Below, one piece after another: positions 16,051-24,891 of a stretch of 38,470 nucleotides of DNA; within the stretch, counting starts at the first letter, position 1, and every line of letters begins with the position of its first letter. Both the position numbers and the translations under genes were made by a program. The notes under the pieces are model-generated. The model searched no databases, had not been told where the DNA came from, and was given only the letters and a program-made list of their open reading frames with translations. Source of the stretch: a virus (taxonomy: Duplodnaviria; Caudoviricetes); the IMG/VR virus record IMGVR_UViG_3300016667_000443, positions 1 to 38,470 of that record; one strand, given 5' to 3'.

Positions 16051-17966
16051 TTAGTCAAATCTACAATTTCACACTTATCACCGCTGCAAGCATAGGTTTG
16101 TGTACCAGCAGTGTTGTCTTCCTTCTCATACTTCTTGAGTTGACTCCAATCAACATTCTTTGGCATCTTTGCAAGCATCTCTTCGTATTGCTCTTTTGTG
16201 CAATCTTGGTATGGTGCTTGACGATATGTGTGATCTGAATGTGGCAAGAATGAAATGCCGCTGATGTCATCGAAGTGCTTGTATACCCATGCGCCAACTT
16301 CCATCCATTCATGTTCCTTTACAGTAATTGTAACAGATGGCTTGTGTTCGCACCAGTTGCGTTGATATACTAACCAGAGTTCAAGTTGCTCCAGTGCAGT
16401 CATATCATTGCGTGTAACTGATCCCTCTGCTTTCATCGGGAACGAGAATACCATTGTGTGCTCTGGCTTCATTACGCATGGTTCGTGTGGGAAGCCAAGA
16501 TCTACCATCAGTTTACAGATAGGATCTTTTTGATCTGCACGAACTGTACGGATATAGTATTCGGCATGACGAGCATGGATACCCGATGCAGCATCTACAA
16601 GTTGTGATACTGTTCCTGATGGTTTTACACAGGTGATTGCAGCGGCAGGATTAATTCCCAAACGCTTTGCCCATTGCTTGTTGGTTTCTACTGCATCGTT
16701 CTTTAACGCATTCAATAGTGTTTCTAGATTCGATCCAACAGTATACATTAACTTATTATCCATAATACCCGTCAAAGAAACACCAAGCAGTGCTTCTTCT
16801 TCGCAGTTCTTCTTCCATTCACTTGAGAGGTATGGGAAGTTTGTGAGAGATGCTTGCCATGTGCCAAGAATTGCAGCAAGACGAACCTTTCGTGCCAATG
16901 TTTCTGGTGTATCATCTGCACGAACAACAACTTCAGTTAGGTTGCAGAACTCACGATCACGGAGAATGATTTCGCTGCATGGATTTGTACCGAAATCAAA
17001 GTTTGGATCACGCCGCTCACCAAGACGAGCAACAGTCTTCTTCGTTGCATCGCGGTTAAAGATACCACGCTCACCGCTCTTGCTATTGTAGAGAGACAAC
17101 CACTCTTCCATGAATACACCAATCTCTGGACGCTCTGTGTACACAGCAGAATTGTTTGCCAAAGCGCGTTGTGGATTTGCTTCCCACCATGCACCCGTCT
17201 TGGCATTTCTCATGCGGTCATCCGTGAGATTCGATAGGCTAATAAGAGCAGATCTACGGACTCCTCCGACGACGACAATCTCTGCAATCTTGCAGACGAT
17301 ATCGTGGCATTCGATTGAGGTAAGTTTGCGCCCTGCCGCTCTCTTAAAAGTATCACAGGTGAATTGGAATAGATCTTCGAGAGGCTTTGGGCCTGAAGCT
17401 CTCCCTCCAAATGTCTTAAGCCGCGCACCAGCAGGTCGTACTTTAGATACGTCCCATTGTGGTACTTGACCTCCAATGAGCAAGGAGACAAGTTCCTTAT
17501 AAGCCTTAGCCCAACCAGCCTTGCTATCCTGTACAATGATTGTAGTGTCGGACTGGGTGAACTCTTCAGCAATCGTAGGCAACTTTTCAACAAACTGTTT
17601 CTCGACGCTAAATCCCACACCAGTACCGCACATAAGAATATAAAGAATTTCATCAAAAGCCCTCACGCGATTTACTGCCACATATGAGCAATTGTAACCA
17701 GCAGTATTATCACGGAGAAGTGCTTCGCCTGCGGTCATCAATGATCTCATGCTTGGCATGATTTCAAGGTTTAAAACTGCCTGTCTTAATTCTTCTTGTT
17801 CTTCCTTTGTAATCTTAACCTTCATTCCCTTGAGGTGTTCATCAAAGAAATTAAAATAACGATTGACGGTTTGTTCCCAACTTTCTCTGCGACCCTCTTC
17901 CTCAAGCCAACGGGAGTAGCGAGAAAGGTGGATAAAATCTTGATACAGAGTTGGTAAATTTTGCAT
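16047..17966 (-). CDS. nrdJ: Class II (adenosylcobalamin-dependent) ribonucleotide reductase
   Basis: YNCSY, GTGVGF, GGVRRSA, TNPCSEI, TCVKPSGTVSQL, EHKPSVT and C-terminal CxxxxC; no beta-subunit gene adjacent. Confidence 0.9.
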   Translation of the reverse strand: MQNLPTLYQDFIHLSRYSRWLEEEGRRESWEQTVNRYFNFFDEHLKGMKVKITKEEQEELRQAVLNLEIMPSMRSLMTAGEALLRDNTAGYNCSYVAVNRVRAFDEILYILMCGTGVGFSVEKQFVEKLPTIAEEFTQSDTTIIVQDSKAGWAKAYKELVSLLIGGQVPQWDVSKVRPAGARLKTFGGRASGPKPLEDLFQFTCDTFKRAAGRKLTSIECHDIVCKIAEIVVVGGVRRSALISLSNLTDDRMRNAKTGAWWEANPQRALANNSAVYTERPEIGVFMEEWLSLYNSKSGERGIFNRDATKKTVARLGERRDPNFDFGTNPCSEIILRDREFCNLTEVVVRADDTPETLARKVRLAAILGTWQASLTNFPYLSSEWKKNCEEEALLGVSLTGIMDNKLMYTVGSNLETLLNALKNDAVETNKQWAKRLGINPAAAITCVKPSGTVSQLVDAASGIHARHAEYYIRTVRADQKDPICKLMVDLGFPHEPCVMKPEHTMVFSFPMKAEGSVTRNDMTALEQLELWLVYQRNWCEHKPSVTITVKEHEWMEVGAWVYKHFDDISGISFLPHSDHTYRQAPYQDCTKEQYEEMLAKMPKNVDWSQLKKYEKEDNTAGTQTYACSGDKCEIVDLTK

Positions 17967-17989
17967 ACGTTAAATCTCCTATGGGTAAT

Positions 17990-18017
17990 AGTATAATACA
18001 AACCGTCTGTTTGTCAA
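17990..18017 (-). promoter_or_regulatory. Sigma70-type promoter for nrdJ
   Basis: Minus strand TTGACA-16 nt-TATACT upstream of SD AGGAG; an ACTAAATA late-like element also lies at 18032-18039. Confidence 0.7.
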
Positions 18018-18041
18018 TCGTTTTGGTACGATATTTAGTCG

Positions 18042-20036
18042 TTAGAAAGAACCACCGTCAAGCGAACTCGAATTTATCCATTGAGATCCGCTGTAAACTA
18101 ATAATTGATTAGTTTGTGGACTTGTTATTGTAACATCTGTCAAATCGTTTAATGTAGCCACTCCACCAGAACCAGTTGAAATCTGTCCTGAATCTACGAA
18201 TGATCCATCCGATAATTCTAATATCAAATGCCCATTTCCATCAATATAAGAATCAACTACAGAAACACCAGCAGGACCGGTGGCACCAGTAGCACCCGTG
18301 GCACCAGTAGCACCCGTGGCACCAGTATCTCCCTTTGCACCTTTTGGACCCATTGGTCCAACACCAGTGAGTTCGTTTGCTGTAAAAATTACACCAGGCG
18401 ATATTGGGTGTGTTGGATTTGTTCCTACTGGAATAGTTTCAATAGTAATTGATGTGTTGTTAGTATGCCACATCAATTCAATATACTGTCCGGCATTTAC
18501 AGATGTAATAAAATTCCAACCAACAATAAGTTGTCCATTTAATCCGGCGTGCTTGCTTGGGATAGAAGCAACTCCTGCCGATGATGTAATATTATTACCA
18601 TCTAATCTATACCACAACGTAACTTCATTGACGTTTGCACTGCTATTTGTAAACTGTATTGAAAATTGTAAATTATACACACCAGCATTATCAAAAATAA
18701 TTCTGTTATTGCTGAGTCGTACACCATTTGCTTCAACAAGCGTACCAATATTTACGACATACGCTGTTGTTGTATTTGCTGCGCTTTGATTTGTTGTGTC
18801 TATACATGACGCATAGTTTGGCGGATCAATTGATATATCAACTGTTGCTTTTGTTCCCTTTGGTGTTACTGTAACAAGATTGCCAGTAAAATTAATAGAA
18901 CGTAGATTCTTTACCGCTTTTGTGCCTTCGACATAAAGATCTACGTTCCCACCACCACCGGAACCATATGATGTATTAGAAAGTTCTTTTGATACTTTTG
19001 CATTGATATCTTCAATGAACTTTGTATCAAAAGAAATGAGTTGTTTATCTTGTTCGTAGGTTAAAGGATAACTTGCAGTAACAATACCAGAATCACCCTT
19101 ATCTCCCTTATCACCTTTATCGCCCTTTGGACCAATTGGACCAGGAGCACCATTTGCTCCCGCAGGTCCAGCAGGACCTATATCACCTTTCGATCCTTTA
19201 GGGCCTTGTATTCCCTGATCGCCGCGTTCTCCCTTATCACCAGGCGCACCCGCTTCTCCCTTATCACCTGTCGCTCCTCGTTCTCCTTTAGGACCGCGAG
19301 AACCACGCGGACCGGGTGGACCAGATGACCCAACAAGCCCTTGGGGACCGGTATCTCCCTTTTCACCTTTCGCTCCTGTAGGTCCAACTGGACCAACTGG
19401 TCCCTGATCTCCAGTATCTCCCTTATCACCTTTAGGACCAACCTCTCCCTGTATTCCATCAGCACCCCTTTCTCCGGGATCGCCCTTTGGACCTTGAGGT
19501 CCGGTTGCTCCGGTGTCACCCTTTTCTCCTTTTTCACCTCGTTCACCGATGAAACCACGCTCACCACGATCACCTTTATCACCCTTTTCTCCTTTTTGAC
19601 CGGATGGTCCGGAGATCATAACAGGGGCTGGTGCAGGAAGTTGAGGAATACGTTCTTCCACCACTTCTGCTTGGGTGTCTACTATGACACCTTCATTAGC
19701 AAGAACAAACAATTTATCAATAGTATTATCTTTACCGTTACTATATTTATCATTTCCGCCAATTATTTTGAATATTTGGTTAGTACCTTCTTGCATGAAG
19801 CAGTACTCGCCAATACCATTCAATTTAACAGTATATGGACGGACATCCTCTGCCAAAAACGCAAATGTTTCTGGCAGCACCAACACATAAACCATACCCG
19901 CTTTCATTTCCCCCAGATCCCTTGTTAAAAGGAATCTGTTATCTCGGAGAGTAGGTCCGGTTCCGTCCCATCTAGACAACTTGGCATAGTTTATAGAGGG
20001 TTCTGGTGCGTTGTAAGAGGAAAATGACGGTAGCAT
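18042..20036 (-). CDS. Collagen-like (Gly-X-Y) fibre protein
   Basis: Long G-X-Y tract, a beta-sandwich-like domain, a second short collagen tract, LNDLTDV.I fibre motif; ends LDGGSF. Confidence 0.8.
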   Translation of the reverse strand: MLPSFSSYNAPEPSINYAKLSRWDGTGPTLRDNRFLLTRDLGEMKAGMVYVLVLPETFAFLAEDVRPYTVKLNGIGEYCFMQEGTNQIFKIIGGNDKYSNGKDNTIDKLFVLANEGVIVDTQAEVVEERIPQLPAPAPVMISGPSGQKGEKGDKGDRGERGFIGERGEKGEKGDTGATGPQGPKGDPGERGADGIQGEVGPKGDKGDTGDQGPVGPVGPTGAKGEKGDTGPQGLVGSSGPPGPRGSRGPKGERGATGDKGEAGAPGDKGERGDQGIQGPKGSKGDIGPAGPAGANGAPGPIGPKGDKGDKGDKGDSGIVTASYPLTYEQDKQLISFDTKFIEDINAKVSKELSNTSYGSGGGGNVDLYVEGTKAVKNLRSINFTGNLVTVTPKGTKATVDISIDPPNYASCIDTTNQSAANTTTAYVVNIGTLVEANGVRLSNNRIIFDNAGVYNLQFSIQFTNSSANVNEVTLWYRLDGNNITSSAGVASIPSKHAGLNGQLIVGWNFITSVNAGQYIELMWHTNNTSITIETIPVGTNPTHPISPGVIFTANELTGVGPMGPKGAKGDTGATGATGATGATGATGPAGVSVVDSYIDGNGHLILELSDGSFVDSGQISTGSGGVATLNDLTDVTITSPQTNQLLVYSGSQWINSSSLDGGSF
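18280..18327. repeat. 18-nt tandem repeat (~2.7 copies) encoding GATGAT
   Basis: gtggcaccagtagcaccc repeated perfectly. Confidence 0.8.
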
Positions 20037-20041
20037 ATCTG

Positions 20042-20049
20042 TATTTATT
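20042..20049 (-). promoter_or_regulatory. Late promoter variant (AATAAATA)
   Basis: Overlaps the thyX stop, 5 nt before the collagen gene ATG; no SD visible. Confidence 0.45.
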
Positions 20050-20755
20050 TACCAGTTAAAACCGCCCAAGACACAGGAAAGAGGGGTTCAATTAAATTGT
20101 TAATTGCTGCTGCGTATTGTTGAACTTCCCATTGAGCATGGGCATCAATTCTTTGTGCATATACTCTGGCATATGCTGAAAGCGAGCCAGTCCACCACCA
20201 CTCTGTATAAGTGTTCTGCGGTAATACTCCCCTGGCTTGTTCTGGCGCAACACCCATATCCAAAAGTTTCTGATACGCAGCCAACCCTTCAAGGTGCGTT
20301 TTGCCGGCCATTATTTCCATATCCCGAATGTCCCGCTCATCCGCAACGAAGTCTGTGCTTCCTTGCTTGGCACCATTTGTGGGTGCGGTTCGCCACTTTG
20401 GCATGTAAAACTCGGGATCACAGGTTACATATCGACGAGAAACCTCGTTTTCTACAAAACCAACCTTGTGCTTGAATAGTTGGGTACGAACAAAGATGGG
20501 AGCCTTGATTCGCAGGGTAATTTGTGGGTGGGCAAAAGGAGTCCAGTGCTTGTGCTTGGCAAGATAACCGATTAGTTTCTTGTCCTTTTCCGACAGAACC
20601 CTCTTCCGATCACCATTCCAATTTGGTTCACTGTCCCAATCACTTTCTTTATTGAATGAAACTCTTGCAGCATTTACCACTGTAAGGTCGCTGCCCATAT
20701 AATCAACTAGTTGTACATGACCACGATCTAATACATCAATTTTTGGGTTTACCAT
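20045..20755 (-). CDS. thyX: FAD-dependent thymidylate synthase
   Basis: VVNAARVS, HWTPF.H, QLFKHK...NEVSRRY, EQARGVLP, HAQWE motifs; ATG 20755 is the likely start. Confidence 0.93.
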   Translation of the reverse strand: MVNPKIDVLDRGHVQLVDYMGSDLTVVNAARVSFNKESDWDSEPNWNGDRKRVLSEKDKKLIGYLAKHKHWTPFAHPQITLRIKAPIFVRTQLFKHKVGFVENEVSRRYVTCDPEFYMPKWRTAPTNGAKQGSTDFVADERDIRDMEIMAGKTHLEGLAAYQKLLDMGVAPEQARGVLPQNTYTEWWWTGSLSAYARVYAQRIDAHAQWEVQQYAAAINNLIEPLFPVSWAVLTGK

Positions 20756-21101
20756 TATCATCCTCATCACCAAAATTAAATTCCACGCCATCTACTTCAA
20801 CATAATCCAAAGCATAATCCCTGGCGCGCTTCCACATTTCTGGATCTATTGCTTTGATATACTCAGCAAACTTTATACCAAACTCAGCAACTGCTTCTGT
20901 GCTCAGAATCCATGCTTGCTGTTCCTCGGTCAAGTTGTCAAATTCGATTTCGATATTGTCCAAGTCGATAATTTCTTCATCACTTTCCTCGGAGTCTGCA
21001 TCTGAGAAACTTGGGAATGATGGAGTTTCTTCCGAATCATCTGATTCAATCTCGTCATCTTCATAGTAATCTTCGTCCTCGTAATTGTCGTAGTTTGACA
21101 T
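20736..21101 (-). CDS. Highly acidic hypothetical protein
   Basis: 121 aa with a D/E-rich N-terminal half and small helical C-domain; starts immediately after the primase stop. Confidence 0.65.
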   Translation of the reverse strand: MSNYDNYEDEDYYEDDEIESDDSEETPSFPSFSDADSEESDEEIIDLDNIEIEFDNLTEEQQAWILSTEAVAEFGIKFAEYIKAIDPEMWKRARDYALDYVEVDGVEFNFGDEDDNGKPKN

Positions 21102-22094
21102 TTAAACCTTCTTCCATTGAGAGAATCTAATACGCGCTTCTGGACCAGAGTAAGTATTTGAGTCTATCATTCTCTTTACTTCGACTGATGTTCTGCCTCG
21201 CAACACCATGTCGTTCACATCCTTACCAGTAACGCTATTAGGCCATATGCAAACTGTCTTACCAGTATTTATTAATTTTTGATATTGCTGAACAACGTGT
21301 TTATTTCTTGGTTCGTTGTCCAAAACATAAATCAACTTGCTACTGGAAAACAAATTTGCATCAATTTCGTGATTCATTCCCAGTATAGCAACTGAATTGG
21401 GAATGAACAACGAATCAATCGGTCCTTCCATAACATAAACAACCGATTTAAAATCTACTCTCTCGGAACCAAAACACAATTTTACATCTTCATCAAATTT
21501 AATTGTAACATACCGAACAGCATTGTTATCTAATGCTCTACCCTGAAATCCAACGAGTTCGTGCTTTTCGTTGAATATTGGAATAATCAGTCTCGGTTCT
21601 TCACCAACTTCTTTTTGAATATGCTTATGCACAAACTCGGCAAAGTTTTCTGCATAATATAGATTCTTCCAATGTTCTTGAGGTATCTTTCTGGTAGTCA
21701 CATATGTTCTACAGATGTGCGTTCTCTCCAACTCTTCGACAGTTGGTAGATTAATCTTGTCAAACTTTGGTGCATCCATCTTGATCTTTGGTTTTTCATA
21801 ATTTGAATGACCATTTTCTCCGGTCTTCCAACGCTCCAAAGAGTATTCCTTGCTTAAGGCAGGAGAAACAGTTTCCAAAAATCTGTAAATACTTGTGGAT
21901 GCACCGCAATTGTGACAACGGTAGAACATATCATTGTTTTTAGAATAAAAGTACCCTCTTGCTTTTGTCTTATTTGTTTTTGAATCTCCACAAATAGGAC
22001 AACGACAATTAGCCAAAGTATCACCCTTCCACTTGAACATTTCAAGCATCGGGGAAACAAGGTTGATGTACTTTTTATCTACTATCAATGACAT
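21102..22094 (-). CDS. 61: T4 gp61-like DNA primase
   Basis: CRCPICGDS...KARG...CHNCG zinc domain; FQGR; TOPRIM EGPIDS, DNEPRN, KDVND. Confidence 0.93.
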   Translation of the reverse strand: MSLIVDKKYINLVSPMLEMFKWKGDTLANCRCPICGDSKTNKTKARGYFYSKNNDMFYRCHNCGASTSIYRFLETVSPALSKEYSLERWKTGENGHSNYEKPKIKMDAPKFDKINLPTVEELERTHICRTYVTTRKIPQEHWKNLYYAENFAEFVHKHIQKEVGEEPRLIIPIFNEKHELVGFQGRALDNNAVRYVTIKFDEDVKLCFGSERVDFKSVVYVMEGPIDSLFIPNSVAILGMNHEIDANLFSSSKLIYVLDNEPRNKHVVQQYQKLINTGKTVCIWPNSVTGKDVNDMVLRGRTSVEVKRMIDSNTYSGPEARIRFSQWKKV

Positions 22095-22096
22095 TT

Positions 22097-22240
22097 TTAT
22101 TCAATGTTAAATGTGCGCTTTGCCCACTCTTCCCATTCAGGAAGATCTTCATCGCGGATTACCGGCAATGCGGCAAGACGCTCTTCGAATGTGCGAGTAT
22201 CATTTTCACCAATATATTGTAATTGCTTGTATTCAGGCAT
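22097..22240 (-). CDS. Small hypothetical protein (47 aa)
   Basis: [11 protein letters not shown]...; SD GAGG upstream; bridges helicase and primase. Confidence 0.5.
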   Translation of the reverse strand: MPEYKQLQYIGENDTRTFEERLAALPVIRDEDLPEWEEWAKRTFNIE

Positions 22241-23651
22241 CGTTTGCTTCCTCAAATTGCCAATTCTTTGCTTTGTCACCAAAGCCCTTTCTCTTAAACT
22301 TACTACTAAAACCGTTACTCTTTGTTGCTACCTCGTCCTCTGCACCTATACCAACCAAACCTTCCTGTGCAGATTCTTCAACAGTATACAACTTCATCTT
22401 GGAACGGTTGATACCAAGAATGAATTTCCGATTGGATGCCAAGTCATTGTAGCGATTCTTCAATTGCTTCACCATAACCTGATCCATTTTGTCAAGATCT
22501 TCAGTTCGGATCAAAGCAAACATGAAGTCTGCTGTTTGTGGCAAACCGAATGACTCTGAAGTATTTTCCAAACCAAGATCCGTATTAGTGTACCCATCTC
22601 TGTTTGTTTGAGTGGCAGTAAAAATAGGAACATTGTATTCTACTGCCAATCCGCGCAACTCTTCGGCAATTCCCTTGACATAAGTGTAGGAATTAACCAT
22701 GGCCGCCTTGAAACGACTAGACGCACAGATGTTAAGATAATCCACAAAGATAATATCTGGAACAAACTTCTTCTTTAATTTTAATTCTTCCAGAAGGTGA
22801 CGGAAATGATTGACATTAGAAGATCCTGTTGGATATTCCTTTACAATCAGTTTACCGCTTACACCACGAGTTGCATTGAATAACTTCTTTGCATACATCT
22901 CCTTTGGAAGTTGCTTAAGATCATCCAAAGTAATATCCATGATGTTTGCGTCAATTCGTTCTGCAATGCGCTCTTCTGCCATTTCACAAGTGATATACAA
23001 CACATTCTTGTTCTGCATCAGACAATTTGCGGCATGGTGACACAAGAACAAAGACTTACCAACACCAGTACCAGCAATAACTACATTCAAAGTCTTTTGT
23101 GGTGTACCGCTGTTCGTAATTTGATTCATGTACTCCAGATCAAACGGAATACGTTGTTCTACTGTGTGATAGAACTCATATCGTTTTTCCGCATCACGAA
23201 GATAATCGTGCCCGATGTTATTATCAAAAGAAACAGCCAACGCATCCGACAAAATAGACGGAAGTGCGTTGACTGATTTATCTTTAGACTTACCTTCGAT
23301 AATATGCACAGACTCTAGAATGGCATTGAAGATTGCTTTATCTTTGCAAAACTTCTCTGTTTGATCCACGAGCCAGTTTTCATCTTGCTTTGTAGTGGTA
23401 TCAAACTCACCAATCTTCTTATGAATCACATCAAACTCGTTCTGCATAATATCAGAACGATTATCTATACCAAGTTTGAGTGCATCTACAGTAGGTAGTG
23501 CGTTGTAATCCGTAAAGAAAGACTGAATCGACCTGAAAATGGCTTTATCAGTTCTTTCTTGGAAGTATTCTTCTTTAATGAAAGGCAGTACTCGTCTAAT
23601 ATATGGTTCATTAGAGAGTAGGTTTTCAAGAATTAGTTTTTCTATACTCAT
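22233..23651 (-). CDS. 41: T4 gp41-like replicative helicase
   Basis: Walker [47 protein letters not shown]. Confidence 0.95.
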   Translation of the reverse strand: MSIEKLILENLLSNEPYIRRVLPFIKEEYFQERTDKAIFRSIQSFFTDYNALPTVDALKLGIDNRSDIMQNEFDVIHKKIGEFDTTTKQDENWLVDQTEKFCKDKAIFNAILESVHIIEGKSKDKSVNALPSILSDALAVSFDNNIGHDYLRDAEKRYEFYHTVEQRIPFDLEYMNQITNSGTPQKTLNVVIAGTGVGKSLFLCHHAANCLMQNKNVLYITCEMAEERIAERIDANIMDITLDDLKQLPKEMYAKKLFNATRGVSGKLIVKEYPTGSSNVNHFRHLLEELKLKKKFVPDIIFVDYLNICASSRFKAAMVNSYTYVKGIAEELRGLAVEYNVPIFTATQTNRDGYTNTDLGLENTSESFGLPQTADFMFALIRTEDLDKMDQVMVKQLKNRYNDLASNRKFILGINRSKMKLYTVEESAQEGLVGIGAEDEVATKSNGFSSKFKRKGFGDKAKNWQFEEANDA

Positions 23652-24715
23652 TCATCAGACTCATTGTTGTCCTCTGAAGCAGTCATCTCGCCGGTTGTCT
23701 GCATACCGTACTTGAACTCTGAAGCGGCTGCTTGTTCAAGTTTCTTCATTACATCATCTGTAAAGTACTTTTCAGGATTCTCCCGAATGTTCTTTTCAAA
23801 TGCAGTCTTGCCATCTGGCAACTCAATGCGAGTTGAAACCTTCTTGAAGATTCCATACTTGAGTGCAAGATCGACTAGTCCATAGTATCTATCCAAGCCA
23901 CTGTCATACTTGAGAAGAACATCTACCATCTTGTTCTCTTTGGTAATTCTTCCCTTGTAGAGTTTGCAGTGTACCACATTTCCTACAACATCTCCATCAC
24001 TATCCTTCTCTTTTCTCTTGGACAAGTATACAATGGTTGTGGCTGCATACTTCAATCCAGATCCGCCACCCATTTCCTTTGTGGGGAACATTGAACCAAC
24101 AACATCATAGGTGTGATTGGTCATGATTAGTGGAACATTTGCCTTACCCAACTTCAAAGTAAGAACTCGGAAAGTGGCTTTAATCACCTGTGCGCGAGTC
24201 ATGTCCTTTGTGGTCTTACCTTCGGCAGTATCTACCATTTCTTTATTTGTAGACAACATACCCAGAGAATCCAGAACAATCATCATTGGCTTCTTGTCCT
24301 TCTCGGGTAGAGCCAAATATGAGTCTAGGATTGTGACTGCTTGGTGACGGAACTCCTCAACCGTGTTTACAGGGAACACAGCGACTCTAGAAGAGTCTAC
24401 ACCGCGTTCCTTGAACATCTGACTGGTGACTGCTTGCTCTGTATCGAAATACAGCACAGCACCGTCTGGACGATCCTTCAGGAATTGGCTGACGATCCCG
24501 AGCGTGAAGTAAGTTTTGCCAGTTGCACTCTCACCTGCCAGAGCCATGATCTTATTGTCAGGCATGCCACCATGAAGAGAACCAGAGAGTAGAGCATTGA
24601 AAGCGTAACTGCCAGTATCAACGAACCCCTTGATATCGCTTCCTTCGATTCCTTCATCCACAATTGAAGCAAACTCATTTTTTGATTCCTTGATGATGTT
24701 CTTCAAAAAACTCAT
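23648..24715 (-). CDS. uvsX: UvsX RecA-like recombinase
   Basis: [32 protein letters not shown]. Confidence 0.95.
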   Translation of the reverse strand: MSFLKNIIKESKNEFASIVDEGIEGSDIKGFVDTGSYAFNALLSGSLHGGMPDNKIMALAGESATGKTYFTLGIVSQFLKDRPDGAVLYFDTEQAVTSQMFKERGVDSSRVAVFPVNTVEEFRHQAVTILDSYLALPEKDKKPMMIVLDSLGMLSTNKEMVDTAEGKTTKDMTRAQVIKATFRVLTLKLGKANVPLIMTNHTYDVVGSMFPTKEMGGGSGLKYAATTIVYLSKRKEKDSDGDVVGNVVHCKLYKGRITKENKMVDVLLKYDSGLDRYYGLVDLALKYGIFKKVSTRIELPDGKTAFEKNIRENPEKYFTDDVMKKLEQAAASEFKYGMQTTGEMTASEDNNESDE

Positions 24716-24717
24716 AA

Positions 24718-24891
24718 TTATTTATCTCCTTTTAGTTCTTTAATGGCGTATTCTAAATCGTAAATTTTGTTATTGAATTGTTCAATTTGCGAAAGAGTCA
24801 TTTTCTTGAGATCCATTCGTAGAGTCAAACGAAGATCTTCAAGTTTCTCCTGCAAACAATTCAAAATAATATCAACTGCGTCTTTTTTCAT
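24718..24891 (-). CDS. Small coiled-coil hypothetical protein (57 aa, not in ORF track)
   Basis: Manually translated [30 protein letters not shown]...KGDK*; ATGA overlap with the polymerase stop. Confidence 0.55.
   Translation of the reverse strand: MKKDAVDIILNCLQEKLEDLRLTLRMDLKKMTLSQIEQFNNKIYDLEYAIKELKGDK

Noticed and set aside
18228-19928. Pro-rich + strand ORFs (e.g. MAPVAPVAPV) and alternative frames over the collagen gene
   Set aside because: Expected by-products of Gly-X-Y codon periodicity.
24719-24726. GATAAATA upstream of uvsX as a late promoter
   Set aside because: It overlaps the SD-to-start spacer and a stop codon, so a transcript from it would lack the SD; probably coincidental.
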